Shown one piece after another: positions 60,774 through 64,000 of a DNA stretch of 64,000 bases (within the stretch, counting starts at the first letter, position 1; the number at the start of each line of letters is the position of its first letter). The stretch comes from Myxococcota bacterium (GTDB lineage Bacteria > Myxococcota_A > UBA9160 > UBA6930), in contig OZ245002.1 in NCBI GenBank assembly GCA_965223415.1, positions 1,984,001 to 2,048,000 on the forward strand. Direction: 5' to 3'. Under the pieces are notes generated by a model. It did not search any database. It was not told where the DNA came from and worked only from the letters and a program-made list of their open reading frames with translations. A program made the position numbers and the translations under genes.

Positions 60774-63311
60774 TCAGGCCTCCAGGAGCGCTCGCAATCG
60801 GACCAGGGGCCCGTCACCGGGCTCCCCCTGGGTGAGGTCGATTTCCCCCGTCAGGGCCCAGTCGCCCTCCCCGTCCGGGTCCAGGAGGGTCTGGTGGAAG
60901 GTCCAGCGGCGCGGCCCGGTGTCCCGCAGCACGGTGTGGTGGGCGCGGCGGGCCTCGGCGTCGAAGCGCACGGCCCGGTGGGCCGCGAGGAACGGGGCCA
61001 GGAGCTCGGCCAGACGCTCCGGGCTCCAGGGCTCGTCCGGCTCCGGGGCCACGCAGCGGGCCGCCTCCTCCAGGTCCCCGCCGGCCAGCGCACGCAGCAG
61101 GGCGTGCAGCTCCGCCCGCACCCGGGCCCGGAACGCCTTGGGAGTGAGGGTCGGGGCGCGGGGTGCCTCGGGGGCCGGGGCCTCCGGGCGCGCCGGCTCC
61201 CCCGGCCGCACCATTTGCTCCCACTCCCGGAGCAGGCTCGAGTCCACCTGCCGGATCAGGGTGCGCAGGTAGGCGAGGGCGTCGTGGAGCTCCTCGGTCT
61301 TGGCCGCGTCGGGGACCGTCTGGTTCAGGGTCGAGAGCACCTGGCCCAGGTGCCGGAGCAGCAGCCCTTCGACCCGCTGCAGCCCGTAACGCTTCACGGT
61401 GTCGTCGAAGGCGGCGTAGTGCAGGATCATCTCGCGGGCGACGGACTTCGGCTTGATCGCCTCGTGACTCGCCCACGGATGGTGGTCGGCGAAGACCCGG
61501 AACGTCTCCTCCAGGAAGTCCGCCAGCGGGCGCGGGTGGGTGACGCGCTCGAGCTTGGCCTGGCGCTCCTCGTAGGGAACGCGCTGGGCCTTGAGCTTCG
61601 CGTACAGCTCGTCCCGCGCCTTGCGGGCCTGGGCGCGCAGGATCGGCACCGGGTCCTCGAGCACCGCCTCCACCACCGACACCACGTCGAGGGCGTAGTC
61701 CGGCTGCTCCCGGTCGAGGGCGTCGAGGGCCTCGACCAGGTAGAGGGAGAGGGTCTGGTGGAGCGAGAAGTCGCGCTGCAGCTCCTCGTCGACGATCACC
61801 CGGTGGTCCTGCACGCGCAGGATCTCTGCGCGGCGCAGCGAGCGGAAGAGGGCGGCGGCCTCGCGGAGCAGGCGGTGCCTGCGCCGCGGCGTCTCGTGGC
61901 AGCGGGCCACGAGCTCGGCGAGGGCGCCGTAGCCGCCGCGGCGGCCCGTCTGCCCCGGCGCGCGTTGCAGCAGGCTGACGAGCATGCCGTGGGTGACGCG
62001 GAAGCGGCTCTGGAGGGTCTCCGGCGGGCGCTCCACGAGCTGACGGAAGGTCTCCGCGTTCCAGGGCACGAAGCCGCGGGGCGCGGGCTTCTTGCGGGCG
62101 GGCTTGCGCGATCGCCCCTTGCCCTTGGCGGCGGCCTGCTTGTTCTCGATGACGTGCTCGGGGGCCTGGCACTCCACCCAGCCCTCGTCGTCGAAGCCCT
62201 TGCGTCCCGCGCGCCCGGCGATCTGCTTGAAATCGCGCACCGAGAGGATGCGCACCTTCTCGCCGTCGAACTTGGCGAGCTTGGTGAACAGCACCGTGCG
62301 GATCGGGATGTTCACGCCCACGCCGAGGGTGTCGGTTCCGGAAATCACCTTCAGGAGGCCCTGCTGGGCAAGCTGCTCCATGAGCAGGCGATACTTCGGC
62401 AGCAGTCCGGCGTGGTGCACGCCGATGCCGTGGCCGACGATGCGCTTCACGTCGCGGCCGTAGGGTGTGTCGAAGCGGAAGTCCTGCACCGCCTCGGCGA
62501 TGGCGCGGCGCTCCTCCCGCCCGCTCACCTTCGCGCTCGTCAGCGCGCCGGCGACCTCTGCCGCTTCGCGTTGGGTGAAGCTCACGACGTAGATCGGCGC
62601 CCGGTCCGCCTCGAGCAGCTTCTCCACCGTCTCCTGGAGCGGCGTCTCCCGGTACTCGAAGGAGAGGGGGACGGGGCGCTCTTCCGAGTAGACCTCCGCC
62701 ACCTCGCGCCGGGTGTAGGCCGTGAGGCGCTCCGCGATCGACGCCACGTTGCCGAGGGTGGCGGACATCAGCAGGAAGGTCGTGCGCGGCAGCGTCAGCA
62801 GCGGGATCTGCCAGGCCTGGCCGCGATCGCGATCGGCGTAGTAGTGGAACTCGTCCATCACCACGTAGGGCGCGTCGGTGGCCTCGCCCTGGCGCAGCGC
62901 CATGTTGGCCAGCACCTCCTGGGTGCAACAGAGGATCGGCGCGGCCCAGTTGATGCTGGCGTCGCCGGTGAGCATGCCGACGTTCTCGGCGCCGAACACC
63001 GCACACAGGTCGAAGAACTTCTCGGAGACGAGCGCCTTGATCGGCGCCGTGTAGAAGGAGCGCTTGCCCTCGCACATGGCCTTGAAGTGCAGACCCTGGG
63101 CCACGAGGGACTTGCCCGAGCCGGTCGGCGTGGAGAGCACCACGTGGCGGCCCGCGGCGATCTCGAGCAGCGCCTCTTCCTGGTGGGTGTAGGGCTCGAT
63201 GCCCGACTCGCGCACCCAGCCGAGGAAGGCGTCGAGCACCGCGCCGGAATCGAGCAGCGAGGCATCGCCGAGCGGAACCCGGTCGATCAGCCGCGGTGCG
63301 TCCGCGCTCAC
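60774..63311 (-). CDS. Ski2/HelY-like DEAD/DEAH helicase with DUF3516-type C-terminus
   Basis: TPTGSGKS, DEFH, MSAT, HHAGL, QIAGRAGR. Confidence 0.9.
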   Translation of the reverse strand: MSADAPRLIDRVPLGDASLLDSGAVLDAFLGWVRESGIEPYTHQEEALLEIAAGRHVVLSTPTGSGKSLVAQGLHFKAMCEGKRSFYTAPIKALVSEKFFDLCAVFGAENVGMLTGDASINWAAPILCCTQEVLANMALRQGEATDAPYVVMDEFHYYADRDRGQAWQIPLLTLPRTTFLLMSATLGNVASIAERLTAYTRREVAEVYSEERPVPLSFEYRETPLQETVEKLLEADRAPIYVVSFTQREAAEVAGALTSAKVSGREERRAIAEAVQDFRFDTPYGRDVKRIVGHGIGVHHAGLLPKYRLLMEQLAQQGLLKVISGTDTLGVGVNIPIRTVLFTKLAKFDGEKVRILSVRDFKQIAGRAGRKGFDDEGWVECQAPEHVIENKQAAAKGKGRSRKPARKKPAPRGFVPWNAETFRQLVERPPETLQSRFRVTHGMLVSLLQRAPGQTGRRGGYGALAELVARCHETPRRRHRLLREAAALFRSLRRAEILRVQDHRVIVDEELQRDFSLHQTLSLYLVEALDALDREQPDYALDVVSVVEAVLEDPVPILRAQARKARDELYAKLKAQRVPYEERQAKLERVTHPRPLADFLEETFRVFADHHPWASHEAIKPKSVAREMILHYAAFDDTVKRYGLQRVEGLLLRHLGQVLSTLNQTVPDAAKTEELHDALAYLRTLIRQVDSSLLREWEQMVRPGEPARPEAPAPEAPRAPTLTPKAFRARVRAELHALLRALAGGDLEEAARCVAPEPDEPWSPERLAELLAPFLAAHRAVRFDAEARRAHHTVLRDTGPRRWTFHQTLLDPDGEGDWALTGEIDLTQGEPGDGPLVRLRALLEA

Positions 63312-64000
63312 CCTCGCTTGGCGGCGAAATCCCGCAGGAAGCTCGCCAGCACCTCGCAGCCCTCCTTGGGGAAGGCGTTGTAGATGCTGGCGCGCATGCC
63401 GCCCACCGAGCGGTGGCCCTTCAAGCCCGAGAGCCCGGCGGCTTCCGCCTCCTTCACGAAGGCGGCGTCCTGCTCCGGGCTGGGCGTGCGGAAGGTGACG
63501 TTCATCAGCGAGCGGCTGCCCTCGCCGGCGGTGCAGGCGTAGAAGGGCTCGGCCCCGAGGGCGTCGTAGAGGATCTGCGCCTTCTCGCGGTTGTGCCGGG
63601 CCATCCCTTCGAGGCCGCCCTTGCCCTCGATCCAGCGCAGCACGCGGCCCATTACGTAGATGCCGAAGGTGGGCGGCGTGTTGTAGAGGGAGCCCTGCTC
63701 GGCGTGGGTCGCATAGCGAAGCATGGTCGGGAGCTCGCGGACCGGCGCGTCCAGGAGATCGCGGCGCACGACGACGAGGGTGACGCCCGAGGGCCCCAGA
63801 TTTTTCTGGGCGCCGGCGTAGAGCACGCCGTAGCGGGTGACGTCGACCGGCCGCGAGAAGACGTCGCTCGACGCGTCGCAGGCGAGCCACGCCTCGCCCG
63901 GCGCGGCGGGCTCTTCCTGCCACTGGGTGCCGAAGATCGTGTTGTTCGACGTGAAGTGGACGTAGGACGGTGAGTCGGACCAGCGGATCTCGGCCGGGCG
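63308..64000 (-). CDS. serC: Phosphoserine aminotransferase, C-terminal part (start lies outside the window)
   Basis: SNNTIFGTQW, YAGAQKNLGPSG, YNTPP, GHRSVGGMRASIYNA. Confidence 0.96.
   Translation of the reverse strand, partial: RPAEIRWSDSPSYVHFTSNNTIFGTQWQEEPAAPGEAWLACDASSDVFSRPVDVTRYGVLYAGAQKNLGPSGVTLVVVRRDLLDAPVRELPTMLRYATHAEQGSLYNTPPTFGIYVMGRVLRWIEGKGGLEGMARHNREKAQILYDALGAEPFYACTAGEGSRSLMNVTFRTPSPEQDAAFVKEAEAAGLSGLKGHRSVGGMRASIYNAFPKEGCEVLASFLRDFAAKRG

Overview
High-GC chromosomal segment, probably from a Myxococcota/deltaproteobacteria-like bacterium. This is inferred from the split atp operon, the parAB-bactofilin-atpF order, an MXAN_5187-like protein and the sigma54 promoters. The window spans the presumed replication-origin region: rpmH-rnpA-yidD-yidC-jag-rsmG-parAB-bactofilin-atpF'FHAGDC on the minus strand faces dnaN-gyrB-gyrA-hemL-atpZIBE on the plus strand. 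The usual neighbours dnaA, recF and mnmEG are absent from their normal positions. The rest is mostly housekeeping: glnB/glnA and a porin under sigma54 promoters, tRNA-Ala, eno, a Btu/Fec-type ABC transporter, comEA, a polyprenyl synthase, radA, bioBFD, tmk, egtB, uvrA, surA, a helicase and serC. The most notable signals are: (1) a DapA-family aldolase coupled to a PfkB-kinase/KdsD-like SIS fusion, possibly a KDO/D-arabinose catabolic route; (2) a dnaA-less origin-like spacer with no canonical DnaA boxes; (3) asymmetric parS variants inside a duplicated cassette flanking rsmG; (4) an unannotated SelW-like selenoprotein (CxxU plus SECIS) coupled to an ATA-start ATL gene; (5) a sigma54-driven structured RNA candidate upstream of hicBA; (6) two families of long palindromic elements at gene ends; (7) a recoded duplication of the gyrB 3' end; (8) an internally deleted beta-CASP nuclease. 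All calls come from reading the sequence and recognising motifs by eye; no searches were run.
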